A stretch of DNA of 64,000 nt. Origin: Owenia fusiformis (taxonomy: Eukaryota). Below are positions 27,119 to 41,716 of this stretch, piece after piece. The notes under the pieces were generated by a model. The model saw nothing but the letters and a program-made list of their open reading frames with translations. It was not told the DNA's origin and did not search any database. The stretch lies in NCBI GenBank assembly GCA_903813345.2, contig CAIIXF020000001.1, forward strand, positions 682,001 to 746,000, in the 5' to 3' direction. Within the stretch, counting starts at the first letter, position 1, and the number at the start of each line of letters is the position of its first letter. The position numbers and the translations under genes were made by a program.

Positions 27119-28065
27119 CAGGGTGTCCAAAAAACAGGACCGTGAGTTGAATAACTCCATCAATTTTGCATATTTCAGAATTATTTAGTTCATTCAATGT
27201 AAATTTTGTTGTGAACGTGTGATGATTATCTGCCAATTGAGTCCAAAAATACAGTTCCTTACAAAGCATGTCCCGAATGTGCACCTCTCCTCTCTATGCA
27301 CAATTCAATCCTGAGAACAAGTTGTTGATGATTCAGACTGATGATTCTCCTAACACATTTATTTTTGTATAGACAAGCTTATTCGAAGAACAATTGCTAC
27401 TCGAGCTTACATCCTTCTGATGAAGTGTTACAGCATCCACTGCATTCTGAACAATGCACTACCTGGGTGGCAATGAGGAAACATGGAATCATCAGTCCTT
27501 TTTGATTCGAAAGTGACTGGGGACGTGCTATCACCATGAACAAGGACCAGTATATTCAAGTTTTGGAGGTCACTAAGCATCAGGAGGGGCATCTAAACAG
27601 ATAGGCAGTGGTTTCAACAAGCCAAGACCACCCCAACACTGCAGATGATACGCTTAAACACGTGGCTTGAATGGTTTAAGCAATGTTTTGGTGGTCAGCT
27701 CATCAGTCGCAGAATGCAAAACATATGGGCAGCTCATTCGCCAGATCTAAATTCCCCAGAGTTTCATCTTTGGGGATTTCTCAAAGCAAATGTGTATACT
27801 GACAGGCCTCTAACAATCTTAAGAGGGCAATGACGACCCGAATTCATACCATCCACATTGATGTGTATAGGTCAGGGTCATTAACAACTTTGTTAGCAGG
27901 ATTCATGTGTGCATATACAGAAGTGCCCACTTTGAGCATGTTTTGTAAGGAGTGTAGTTTTTGATATTCACATTGAATGAACTAAATAATTCTGAAATGT
28001 CAAGGCAAAATATGCAAAATTGACCAGATAATTCAACTTTCCTACGGTCCTTTTTTAACACTATG
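27119..28065 (+). mobile_element. Decayed Tc1/mariner-superfamily DNA transposon with internally deleted transposase pseudogene
   Basis: TA|CAGGGTGTCCAAAAAACAGGACCG at the left end and CGGTCCTTTTTTAACACTATG|TA at the right. Subterminal TTTCAGAATTATTTAGTTCATTCAATGT is inverted at both ends. Residual motifs WFQQ (about 27608) and WAAHSPDLNSPEFHLWGFLKANVY match the WPxxSPDLNPxDFxLWGxLK motif. Confidence 0.9.
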
Positions 28066-28107
28066 TATAACAGTTAAAATACATGAATATCGGCGCACGA
28101 GATACTG

Positions 28108-28188
28108 CAATGACATTGCATATTTGAATATATAACAATGACATTGCATATTTGAATATATAACAATGACATTGCATATTTGAATATA
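28108..28188. repeat. Short tandem repeat, 28-bp unit x3
   Basis: CAATGACATTGCATATTTGAATATATAA repeated three times. Confidence 0.9.
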
Positions 28189-29159
28189 GAACATATAATA
28201 TGGTAGAGCAGTTATAAAAGTAACGCCATATTTATTCTAACAATAATAATCATTGTAAATCAAAGTTGAACAAAACACCCATATCTTACGATTTTCTAAA
28301 AAGATCATGACTGTGATGGCACAGTTTATCGTGTGAAAATCCAATTGCAAAAATACTGAAAAATAACAATTTATTAAGAAAGCACATTTTGTTGCTGTCA
28401 TTGTTAAACCACATTGATTTTTATTGAATGGGCTAGAATAGGCTATGTATGTATATAGTATACGGTTGCTTTCGCTTTATTTATTTAAGAAGCTCTATTT
28501 TGTAACCATTTTATCTTAACGTTACCTGCCATGTGACGTGAACTGCTACTAACGCTACTCATTAATACCGCAATTTGAAATAGCGTTGGTAATTTTTCAT
28601 ATTCTTATTAGATATATGAGAACATTTGCAATGAGAATGATGAATTGAATATTACGTATAAATGTTTACCTAGAATATAGTCTCTCAAAAACAAATTTCC
28701 TAGTCAACTATATATATAGGACCCTAGTTAACTCGGACCCTGGTGAAATTGGACCTATGTATTTTTTATATTTTTCCTTAATTTCAGCATTTAGATGAAA
28801 AGGAAGATATAAAAACAAGAATAATTAAGTGTATTGTGATGTTATTGGTATTAATTTGATCAGTCCTATAAAATATGCAAACATCATTCTTTCCTTTCCT
28901 ATATGCCTTTGGCAACAATAATTGCTGCATTGATTTGAAAACCAGACATGCCTAAAACTGTACATACTTTTGGGGTATAAATTGCTTGCCATAATACAAT
29001 TGTAGTTGATGGAGCTCATTAGTTGAAACTTGAGGCTAGTGGCCATCCCGCATTCTGATACTCATAGCATCTTTCTGTTTCACTTGAAACATCTCAGGGC
29101 TGAGAAGAAATGAGATGTCATGCTTTGTCATGATGGCCATCCCGAATCATGTCCAAGTT

Positions 29160-29305
29160 AGATACAACACATCATGTTAATATAATACATCATGTTAATA
29201 TAATACATCATGTAAATACATTACATCGTGTAAATACAATACATCATGTTAAAACAACACATAATGTTAATACAATACATCATGTAAATACATTACATCA
29301 TGAAA
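29160..29305. repeat. Degenerate tandem repeat, about 19-bp unit
   Basis: Repeated ATACATCATGT(T/A)AATA(C/T)A. Confidence 0.8.
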
Positions 29306-31790
29306 AAACAATGCATCAATGAAGAACTATTAAAAAGGAAATTGGAACAGTTATATGACAAACTAACAAATACAATTAGGGTTGAGACCCAATAGATGAA
29401 ATACAAATAGATGAATATTTTAGGAATACAACTTGTAAGATTTGTCGGAAAACGTGTCAAATAATCATCAGTGTCAGTATCTAAAAGGTTGCGGATACTA
29501 TTGAATACAGAATGTCGATTCTCGCATGATGTTTAACACAGCAGGGGGTATATTTCAACAATGACCTTTTCACTTTGACAGGATCTAAACAATCTTCACT
29601 ACATGCAATCAGATAAATGATATAAACATATACAAACGCGTGCTTGTACAAACGTACAGCTAACATGTTAATCCGCACACCTAATTAATCAGAACACTTC
29701 TCAATATGAGTTCCCTTTCCTCAGTCCCAATTTTGTTATCCTCCATTGACTTCCTTGTTAAAGAAAACATTTGCTTGTGTAAGACCTTATACCTTTATAC
29801 TCAACTGGGCAAGTAATTTCTACCAAGAGGAGAACTAATCTCCAGATAACCACGTTTATGGACACGTTCTATTAAAGATGGAGACTTTAAGCAATGCATA
29901 TAAAATCGAAACGCCAACCTGTACGTATTAAACTCGCCCTATTCAAATGCATGTAATTTTCTCACATAAACAATCGTTCGGTTACAGTGTTTACTTGGTC
30001 CGTTACTGAGACTACACATCATCGTGTAATATGCCATGGATAGTTGTGTATGGCTGGTTTTCTATGGTACATATTTCAAACAAGCTCGTTTCGTAAGATA
30101 TTTGGAGCTAAAACATGTATGACATACATCATTTTCTTCAGAAAGCATTATATCGTTCATCGAAATTAAAACTGCCCACATAGTATTCAATAGTCATGAG
30201 TGAGTATAATGATTTCCATTGACACCAAAGCGAAATTGCAAATCTCACGCTCTGAACACGAAACTGAAGCTAATCGGGTATCTGAAGTATAGACTACTAC
30301 CTGGGTCACTAATACCTGGGTCACATTGTAGCGCTTGTTTTGTATGCGCGCTATATACATTACTGTTGTTGATTCATGGACGTTGCGTTCGCGGTTACGT
30401 TGTGAAAAACATCGCTTGCTTAAAGTCTCCAATTTGTAGCTTTACCCATATTGTCTCATTTCTCGTTAGAGAAATGGCTTGGGATAGTTGGGGTTTATTC
30501 TTTTTTTTGCTGCTTTGTTGTCACGGCCACTATGTACTCGTTCAGAGAAATGAAAATATGTTGTCTAAACATACATTATAATGTACTGTTCAATTAATAA
30601 TAATTCATATGCTAGAGTGTCCAGCATGGAAAAGATTCGAGATGGAATCCAACATCAGTAGTGCGTAATTGAACTTACCTTTTAAGCTCCTTCAATCCAT
30701 CTCAATCCTCCCTAATGATACATAATCCGTGTTGATGGGTAACGTTGGAGCAGTTTTGTATATAACTGGTTCACTGACTGTAAAAGGCAAGACAACAATA
30801 ATGTAGAAGAATGTCATCAAATATTTACACATTCTGATAGAGTTCATTCAACAGGAGCCAACGGGGAATCTCTGGATGCTTACAATATGGAGATCGTCAT
30901 TAATAATAAATTATTACATTGAACTGGCGAAAACACGGACTGATGCACCTAAACACGGAAACGTCCCAAGAGGAAACTTGTTCAATCAAGTCCGCATGCA
31001 TGTCGATGATCTGGAGCCATGTACGGTTGTTACTGATGTATAAAAAGTAATTTGTAAATTAATGATAAATTAACGTCGTATATATTCAGTCGTGAAATGT
31101 AATTAGGATCACAAGAATTTTCTAGATTAAAGTCAGAAAAGTTATAAGGGGAGTGCATGCATGAACAGTTTGGGTACAGTACATCCATCATCACTGGTGC
31201 ATCTGTCAGATTTGGCATTCCTCATAAATACATGATTTTGAGTCATCCATGATTTTGCAAAATATTAACAAATGGTTGATAATATCGTGTTTTTCATTAG
31301 TCTTACTCGGATTCAGACATACAGTTGTTACCCAATAAAACTACAGCCATCCTTTATCCAAAAGTATCACGGTTTTTCTCGTTTTGTATTTTGTCAAAAG
31401 AAAGTAAATATATTGCATTCTAGAGAATCATTTGAGTCTCATTTAGCTTAACAAGATGAAATTGTAGATATACTAAATGCAGTACCCCAAATAGTATCGA
31501 CTCTGAAAATCACAACTTCATTAAATAAATTAGCAATCAAAACATTAAGTTCATAATTCAAATACTATAGTAACGCTTTTACGGAAAATGTTTTCTTAAT
31601 TGATTTTTGTGCATATATGTTTTACCATCTTTTATGAGCCATCTGGTCAGTGGTTTTATGATTTCATTTTCAGATGGAATCACTCAGCAGTATCTATCAG
31701 ACCTAGCAGGGAAGCATCTGATAAATACATGCTTGAAATATATCGGAGGCAGTTTTATGCCAGAAAAGGGGTGGAAAATGAGTCCATAAA

Positions 31791-34700
31791 CTGGTCATTA
31801 AGGGTATCATCATATAGCACATGCATACACTGGTCAAGAAGGGTATCATCATGCAGCACATACACTGGTCAAGAAGGGTATCATCATATAGCACATACAC
31901 TGGTCAAGAAGGGTATCATCATATAGCACATGCATACACTGGTCGTATCATCATATAGCACATACAGCAGTGGTCAAGAAGGGTAACATCATACAGCACA
32001 TACACTGGTCAAGAAGGGTATCATCACACAGCACATACACTGGTCAAGAAGGGTATCATCATACAGCACATACACTGGTCAAGAAGGGTATTATCATACA
32101 GCACATACACTGGTCAAGAAGGGTATCATCACACAGCACATACACTGGTCAAGAAGGGTATCATCATACAGCACATACACTGGTCAAGAAGGGTATTATC
32201 ATACAGCACATACACTGGTCAAGAAGGGTATCATCACACAGCACATACACTGGTCAAAGTGGGTATCATCATACAGCACATACACTGGTCAAGAAGGGTA
32301 TCATCACACAGCACATACACTGGTCAAGAAGGGTATCATCATACAGCACATACACTGGTCAAGAAGGGTATTATCATACAGCACATACACTGGTCAAGAA
32401 GGGTATCATCACACAGCACATACACTGGTCAAAGTGGGTATCATCATACAGCACATACACTGTTCAAGAAGGGTATCATCATATAGCACATACACTGGTC
32501 AAGAAGGGTAACATCATATAGCACATATACTGGTCAAGAAGGGTATCATCATATAGCACATACACTGGTCAAGAAGGGTATCATCATATAGCACATACAC
32601 TGGTCAAGAAGGGTATCATCATACAGCACATGCACTGGTCAAGAAGGGTATCATCATATAGCACATACACTGGTCAAGAAGGGTATCATCATACAGCACA
32701 TGCACTGGTCAAGAAGGGTACCATTATACAGCCCATACACTGGTCAAGAAGGGAATCATCATATAGCACATACACTGGTCAAAGTGGGTATCATCATACA
32801 GCACATACACTGTTCAAGAAGGGTATCATCACACAGCACATACACTGGTCAAGAAGGGTATCACCATACAGCACATACAGTGGTCAAGAAGGGTATTATC
32901 ATACAGCACATACACTGGTCAAGAAGGGTATCATCACACAGCACATACACTGGTCAAAGTGGGTATCATCATACAGCACATACACTGTTCAAGAAGGGTA
33001 TCATCATATAGCACATACACTGGTCAAGAAGGGTGTCATCATATAGCACATATACTGGTCAAGAAGGGTATCATCATATAGCACATACACTGGTCAATAC
33101 ACTGGTCATCATATAGCACATACACTAGTCAAGAAGGGTATCATCATATAGCACATACACTGGTCAAGAAGAGTATCATCAAACAGCACATACACTGGTC
33201 AAGAAGGGTATCATCATACAGCACATACACTTGTCAAGAAGGGTATCATCATACAGCACATACACTGGTCAAGAAGGGTATCATCATATAGCACATACAG
33301 CAGTGGTCAAGAAGGGTATCATCATACATCACATACAGTGGTCAAGAAGGGTATCATCACACAGCACATACACTGGTCAAGAAGGGTATCATCATACAGC
33401 ACATACACTGGTCAAGAAGGGTATCATCATACAGCACATAGAGTGGTCAAGAAGGGTATCATCACACAGCACATACACTGGTCAAGAAGGGTATCATCAT
33501 ATAGCACATACAGCAGTGGTCAAGAAGGGTATCATCATACAGCACATAGAGTGGTCAAGAAGGGTATCATCACACAGCACATACACTGGTCAAGAAGGGT
33601 ATCATCATATAGCACATACAGCAGTGGTCAAGAAGGGTATCATCATACAGCACATACACTGGTCAAGAAGGGTATCATCATACAGCACATACAGTGGTCA
33701 AGAAGGGTATCATCATATAGCACATACACTGGTCAAGAAGGGTATCATCACACAGCACATACACTGGTCAAGAAGGGTATCATCATACAGCACATACACT
33801 GGTCAAGAAAGGTATCATCATATAGCACATACACTGGTCAAGAAGGGTATCATCACACAGCACATACACTGGTCAAGAAGGGTATCATCATACAGCACAT
33901 ACACTGGTCAAGAAGGGTATCATCATACAGCACATACACTGGTCAAGAAAGGTATCATCATACAGCACATACACTGGTCAAGAAGGGTATCATCATACAG
34001 CACATACACTGGTCAAGAAGGGTATCATCATACAGCACATACACTTGTCAAGAAGGGTATCATCATACAGCACATACACTGGTCAAGAAGGGTATCATCA
34101 TATAGCACATACATCAGTGGTCAAGAAGGGTATCATCATACAGCACATACACTGGTCAAGAAGGGTATCATCATACAGCACATAGAGTGGTCAAGAAGGG
34201 TATCATCACACAGCACATACACTGGTCAAGAAGGGTATCATCATATAGCACATACAGCAGTGGTCAAGAAGGGTATCATCATACAGCACATAGAGTGGTC
34301 AAGAAGGGTATCATCACACAGCACATACACTGGTCAAGAAGGGTATCATCATATAGCACATACAGCAGTGGTCAAGAAGGGTATCATCATACAGCACATA
34401 CACTGGTCAAGAAGGGTATCATCATACAGCACATACAGTGGTCAAGAAGGGTATCATCATATAGCACATACACTGGTCAAGAAGGGTATCATCACACAGC
34501 ACATACACTGGTCAAGAAGGGTATCATCATACAGCACATACACTGGTCAAGAAAGGTACCATCATATACCACATACAGTGGTCAAGAAGGGTAACATCAT
34601 ATAGCACATACACTGTTCAAGAAGGGTATCATCATACAGCACATACACTGGTCAAGAAGGGTATCATCACACAGCACATACACTGGTCAAGAAGGGTATC

Positions 34701-36153
34701 ATCATATAGCACATACACTGGTCAAGAAGGGTATCATCATACAGCACATACACTGGTCAAGAAAGGTACCATCATATACCACATACAGTGGTCAAGAAGG
34801 GTATCATCATACGTACAGCACATACACTGGTCAAGAAGGGTATCATCATACAGCACATACACTGGTCAAGAAGGGTATCATCATACAGCACATGCACTGG
34901 TCAAGAGAGGTACCATTATACAGCCCATACACTGGTCAAGAAGGGAATCATCATATAGCACATACACTGGTCAAGAAAGGTACCATCATATACCACATAC
35001 AGTGGTCAAGAAGGGTATCATCATACGTACAGCACATACACTGGTCAAGAAGGGTATCATCATATAGCACATACACTGGTCAAGAAGGGTATCATCATAC
35101 AGCACATACACTGGTCAAGAAGGGTATCATCATACAGCACATACACTGGTCAAGAAGGGTACCATCATATAGCACATACACTGGTCAAGAAGGGAATCAT
35201 CATATAGCACATACACTGTTCAAGAAGGGTATCATCATATAGCACATACACTGGTCAAGAAGGGAATCATCATATAGCACATACACTGGTCAAGAAAGGT
35301 ACCATCATATACCACATACAGTGGTCAAGAAGGGTATTATCATACAGCACATACACTGGTCAAGAAGGGTATCATCATACAGCACATGCACTGGTCAAGA
35401 AGGGTAACATCATATAGCACATATACTGGTCAAGAAGGGTATCATCACACAGCACATACACTGGTCAAGAAGGGTATCATCATATAGCACATACACTGGT
35501 CAAGAAGGGTATCATCATACAGCACATGCACTGGTCAAGAAGGGTACCATTATACAGCCCATACACTGGTCAAGAAGGGAATCATCATATAGCACATACA
35601 CTGGTCAAGAAGGGTAACATCATATAGCACATACACTGTTCAAGAAGGGTATCATCATACAGCACATACACTGGTCAAGAAGGGTATCATCATATAGCAC
35701 ATACACTAGTCAAGAAGGGTATCATCATATAGCACATACACTGGTCAAGAAGGGTATCATCATACAACACATACACTGGTCAAGAAGGGTATCATCATAC
35801 AGCACATGCACTGGTCAAGAGGGGTACCATTATACAGCCCATACACTGGTCAAGAAGGGAATCATCATATAGCACATACACTGGTCAAAGTGGGTATCAT
35901 CATACAGCACATACACTGTTCAAGAAGGGTATCATCACACAGCACATACACTGGTCAAGAAGGGTATCATCATACAGCACATACACTGGTCAAGAAGGGT
36001 ATCATCACACAGCACATACACTGGTCAAGAAGGGTATCACCATACAGCACATACACTGATCAAGAAGGGTATCATCACACAGCACATACACTGGTCAAGA
36101 AGGGTATCATCACACAGCACATACACTGGTCAAGAAGGGTATCATCATATAGC
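31791..36153. repeat. Minisatellite, 35-bp unit, roughly 120-125 copies
   Basis: Consensus CTGGTCAAGAAGGGTATCATCATA(C/T)AGCACATACA. Some units carry a +3 CAG variant, and variant blocks recur internally. Confidence 0.98.
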
Positions 36154-37443
36154 ATATCAACTGATGTATGGTGAATGTTCAAGTTATAGTAGTACATCGT
36201 CTTTGAATAAGATGATTTTAAAATTGATTTCATGATGGAAGATTGTTCAAATTCTCATCTAGCATTGAACAGCGGATCACTTTTCTGAATAGGTCATTTG
36301 TACAAAGAGGCTGGTTTTGTTTGCTTCCTCCACACACATTCAACTGTACAAGGCATGTATAATGTGTACTACTTGTTTTATAGTTAGTCCAGCCAAGACG
36401 TTTCTGGACAATCACATTCCTGGTTTTATGTTTGATATTATCGTAAGCTGAAACAGCAAGCAATCGTGAAAATTGTATTTTGATATGAAACCTTCAATGC
36501 GAATCCGACATTGAGAGTCTTCTCTCTTGTCAAACCAAATTGAGAAGTTCAACAACCTTGTTACGTCATCCTTGATTATAAGTCTTAATTCTGTCCAACC
36601 TGAAATAAAAATCATCATAAAAACAACAAAAAATGTTTTATGAGTAATGTGTTCATAGATTGATGATTGATTACACAGAAATAATTGAGACTAGAATCGA
36701 TTTTAAACCGTCAAGAGATGCTACCATTAAGTTATACATTATTGGTTGAGTTTATTGCCAAACTGCAAAATATCGTCAATAATGTTATCCCCTTTTTAGA
36801 GGAATTCATTTTCTCTGAATGATTTGAAGTGCAATACAGGATATATTGTGCTCTCGATATTCTGTATTGGCACTGGACGAACAGATGTTTTAATCGTGTG
36901 ATCATAGACCAATACATTTTACTTAGGAGATAATCCCTAGGAAATATTCTGTATTCTCTGTATTGCTTCCGAGATTGTCCCCTCCGTGCCAATATGTTTT
37001 GTATTGCTCCGGAGATGATCAAAGGGGACAAATTGATACAGCACAAGAACTGACCAATCAGAGGGCTTTATTTTACAGATCATACCATATAAATTGTTTT
37101 CTTTGAATTCGCTATCAATGCGTATCCTCCTTTTATAGTCATTGTGTTATGTTATATGATCGTTTACCCAAATCACAATTATATTATAATAAAGCAACTT
37201 ATTTATACATACAGTCAATACAAATGATTTCAATTCAAATCCCACATCACTCACAAAGTACACGATAATATTAATGGAATCATTAAAGCTTATGTATCAA
37301 TTCAATACACAACTCCATGCGGTACTATCCATTCTATAAGTGTTTTTAACGCCATATTACATATACCATTACCATCCATTTATGACGATTTATGCCTACA
37401 TAGTAAAGCAAGCATGGAGACACAGACGAACTTGTACAAGGAC

Positions 37444-38358
37444 CACGGGATACTAGAGTATTCGCGTATATTGAGTATGACCGGTTCTAAGCTTACGAGT
37501 GTGACCGTATATCTGTTCCTATAAACAGACGAGGTGAGTACTTGCTTTTTATGAACACTTTCGAACGTTTTCTTTTTATCCTACTTGGTCAATGAATGAT
37601 ACTTGGTCTACTTATAATGCCAGGCATATCACAAGGGGCCTTAATCAACAGAAAACGTATTAATATTAGATTGAAGCCGTAAAATCCTAGTTTCCAGCAT
37701 CTTTGATCAGTTTTTGTGTAACACAACGCAACTCCGAAGAGGATGACACATCTTATGTATAACATATAGCTAGATCTACGAATTAGTCATGAATATTTTA
37801 AATAATTTAGCCTGCTCTGTCCAAATATGATACATCTTTGAATTTTTGAGAATACGAATGTCACTGGTGCCCCATTATTGGAGAATACGGTTGTGAAATG
37901 TCTTGGATGCCGTGTTACACTCGTTTCCATGACATTTCACAAGCGTATCCTCTGGGAAAAGATAAATCCTTCTCTTGCTCACTCTACGGGGGATCATATA
38001 AACTGAGATTTGGAGATCTTGTTCAGGTTAGCCATAAAAAGGTTTGGGATTTGTTTTTTTCTACTGTGATATTAATGATTTGGCTCTAAGGCGAGAAATC
38101 TGTACTTTCTGATTGATATTCCATTATGAACAGTTACATTGCTAAAATAGCTCATGTTTAACATTTTTTTGTTACATTACTATTAAATACAGCATAAACT
38201 ATATTCAACAAACACAATTTCAAAATGGATAATATAGAAGTTAACCTTTATTTTCCATTTTTAAGCAGCTGTGCCTCTCATGACTTTCCAAAACAGGTCA
38301 TATTCGTAGCCTAAGAACCGGTCATACTCAATATACGCGGATACTCTAGTTACCCGTG
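37444..38358. mobile_element. Non-autonomous TIR DNA element with CAC...GTG ends and 6-bp TSD (AAGGAC)
   Basis: Left end CACGGGATACTAGAGTATTCGCGTATATTGAGTATGACCGGTTCTAAGCTTACGA; right end TCGTAGCCTAAGAACCGGTCATACTCAATATACGCGGATACTCTAGTTACCCGTG (imperfect TIR of about 60 bp). AAGGAC at 37438-37443 and 38359-38364. Confidence 0.85.
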
Positions 38359-41300
38359 AAGGACGTGAAGGAGAACCTGGACGTCGCTCTGCCTACATGT
38401 ACACCTACTACTTTATTCACAATCGTGTATGCGGTGCAGGCATGATTGCTTTTTAAAAGGAAGAATTTTTTTTAATTCCCCACAAAAGGTTTAAACAACT
38501 TTGGCTTATATTGTAGTCTTACCCAATGTTATCAATGTGTGATATGTTAAACTTTTTTTTAATTACAAAAAGTGTTTTTTGAAGGACTTTTTGTTCAAAA
38601 ATTTGTGAATTTATTTCTTTTAGAGGTCACGCATTTCTTTTAATACGCCACAATTCATACCAATGCATGTATAGCATTCATCCTCGCATGTTTTTTGCCG
38701 AAAAGATTAAGAAAATCGGTTCATAAATAAGCGAGAAATGAACTCATCGGTGCATGAAAATGGTTCCGAGAAAAATGTATTTCAGAATTTTAGTTCTCTT
38801 TGAAACCAATGGTACAATGATATCTAAAACATAATATCGACATCGATTTTTTCAAAAAGTTTTTGCCACCTGAGTGAGTCATAATGACATCACTAATGTT
38901 GCAAAATATTTTTGATATGCTAAAACATTGAAGTGGCCCATTAAATATGGCATTTTATTATTGAAATAGTGTGTCATTTGTACAAACTTTGCATTGGTGT
39001 TAAAAAAAATAATCCTTTTTGAAATGCATTAAGAAATATTTGATGATTAAAAGATTTCAAATTTTTTTGAAAAATGGCGGGAAATTTGAATATTTGAGAA
39101 ATGCAATGCTCAAAACTTTTTTTCAAATTTTTTTTTCAAAAATCTCTAAAATAACTTTTTAAATCACGACAAATAGTAAATGAATGATAAAAAAATATTT
39201 CCAAACTTTAAAGGGGACATGCCAACATTATCAAATCAATGTACAACATGATCTCAAGCTGGTCTGGTTAATGCCAATGAGTCAATTTCAATTCTACTCT
39301 AATTTGGCGTTAATGTCAAGGAAATATCAAACTGTCCAGTGAGAGAGTAAATTAATGTTGTTAATGTCAAATTATGAGTTAAGTGTTTAAGAACAAGGTA
39401 TTTAAGTATAAACCTGTAATGCTTGACAATAAAGAAAGCAATCGTGCGCTCTAGCGAATCTTAATGTCTATAAGCAAGAGACATTAAGTAATACATGTTT
39501 AAATCGTGGTATAGACTGGAAATACTAAACAATATGGATTTTAATCTTGGTCGGGATAAAATTACTGTTATATTATCTACTTATACCAGAGAGACACGAC
39601 GACTGCATTGTCTCAAGAACAACCTCCGCCTATAAATACAATTACCAACGATGATATCATTCCATGGTACTTAACAACAATTACACAATTAGCCATGACA
39701 CGTCTATTCCTAAATACTAGCCATGACACGAAAGCGCTATCCAAAATACTGAATTACATCTTTGATTTGAAATCGAATTAGAAACCCCTGTTAGATTATC
39801 AATGGTAAGCGCACTGTGAAACCAAAATGTTATCCGATTAATTTATATAGAGAATTACGATAAAGTGCACGACTGTATTTAGCCCAGCGTAGGTCTCTGA
39901 GTGTGAACCATATATGGGACAATTCTTTAAGAGATGTGCAATTTCAAAAACTATACCCATAAATAATCCTTATTTGGTCTAATATTAACCCCTTGACCTT
40001 ATTCATATTGTATTTGTATGATCTTACTGTAGCCTTCTATAATGCCATTGGGCGATTGAAGGGATGTATAATGTAATATCTTGTAATGAAATAAATTTAT
40101 CTTTATAAAAAAATTGGTCTAATGAGAAAACACAGATGGTAACATTTGAAACAAGATGTACACTGCAGAAGAATATTATCTGTTCGGTTAAATGCCGTAT
40201 CGTTAGTGAGATGCTGTTGCAACAAAACTCGACAAAAATAAATATTTTGAGAAGCTAAAATACACAAAAATCATTTATCAGCTATATCATGTGGAAATTA
40301 TTATTTACAAGCGACTGCTCTTCATTTACAATGATTGCGATGGAGGCCGTATGGCTTATTATCAATTGCATTCTGATAACTTTGACATGCTTTGATTAAT
40401 GCGCCCAATGGTACAATATTTTGTACATTTCACTTAATTCGTATTAGAAACATGTTCATCTACTCGAACAAAATAAATCGAATTATTTTTCCTGTAAATT
40501 GTTCTGATGTTGATTCTGTTCATTAGAGCATGGCGAATCATAGCTATACTAAATTGGCAGCTGATATTATTTTTCAGGGCTAGAAACAAAAATAAGCAGG
40601 ATAGTCTTTTGAAATTTAATCTAGGATCAAAAAGAGATTTTTATCATTTTTTGATCTATCACTCAATCAACCAAATTCAAGCCAAACGTTGAAACGAGAT
40701 ATATTTCCAAAATAAACATTATATCAGTGTAGGCAAGACCCTGGGTTAAATGAACAAAACGCTGGTTGAGTTTATATTGCAGCCTGCTAACTAACATCAA
40801 GGGCTAATAACTGGTGGCAAGATGGCCACTTTAATATTTCTGGAAGGTATTACTGGAGGATATTCAGATTCAGAAAGTTCAGGTGGCAGTCTAAAGCATA
40901 TCTTTACGTGATATAGTTAACATGGACGTAGCCAGCAATATATTAGGAAGATGAGGCAAGTGCCTCGCCAAAATTTTACAGAAACGTAATTTAAATAATT
41001 CGGAGTGTGTTTTTCATATTTAAACGAAATCCAAGTGTAGCGATTTACCTCATTTAGCCTTGCATAATCGTCTATTGCCTGTTTTAAGATCCTGACTATG
41101 CCCCTTAAAGATCTAAGTTGGGAGTGAGTACAAATAATGATTAGATTATAATTTTTAAAGATTTTTAATATAAAAACAGTAAATTGTTGTTTAAACATCG
41201 GCATAACCTGCCCCGTTTCGATCCGATAGATTTCACCATCACATATATTAACAAAGAGTGAAACATTTTGAGGTACACAACCCCATGCACCACCCAAATA

Positions 41301-41716
41301 AAACTCCTTCCACTTCCCGCCGTACCACAAGGATGAACTTCCGTTGGTGGACATATTTAATGTCATCACTCTTACAACGAAGGAGATCGAAATATTTTAC
41401 CCGTTTGTTATTTGTAACATCCGATTACTGAAAAGCTAGTCCCAATACAAGCAAGTACACCGTTCATGTATATCCAGTAGCTTCAATAATCTACTGAGAA
41501 TTTTTCACTCCAGCAACCAGGACGTCATCTGGTGAATTCCATAACGTCTTGGTTGTTGGTTGCGGTGTTATATGGTTGCGGTGAATCGCTTTTCAGTGAC
41601 CGGGTGTAACTATTAACATAATTCTCCATGGTATAAAGTGCATAATAAAGGAGCTGGTAACACAACATAGCACAGCGATATTTGACCTAATATATACATA
41701 CCTGCACATGTCCAAT

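Noticed and set aside
30474..30581. Signal-peptide-like MAWDSWGLFFFLLLCCHG start
   Set aside because: No convincing donor or in-phase downstream exon, and the hydrophobic run derives largely from a T-tract.
33231..34604. 457-aa His-rich ORF and its neighbours in the 35-bp array as a metal-binding protein
   Set aside because: The unit is not a multiple of 3, the same peptide cycles through all three frames, stops depend on a C/T variant, and the 457-aa ORF starts at TTG rather than ATG.
3706..36153. Regular short repeats (48, 39, 56 and 35 bp) as CRISPR arrays
   Set aside because: Units are head-to-tail with no unique spacers, there are no cas genes, and the context is intron-containing eukaryotic DNA.
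39208..41108. Kolobok-like TTAA-flanked element (TTAAAGGGGACATG ... CTATGCCCCTTAA)
   Set aside because: The ends do not form a convincing TIR pair beyond a few bases.
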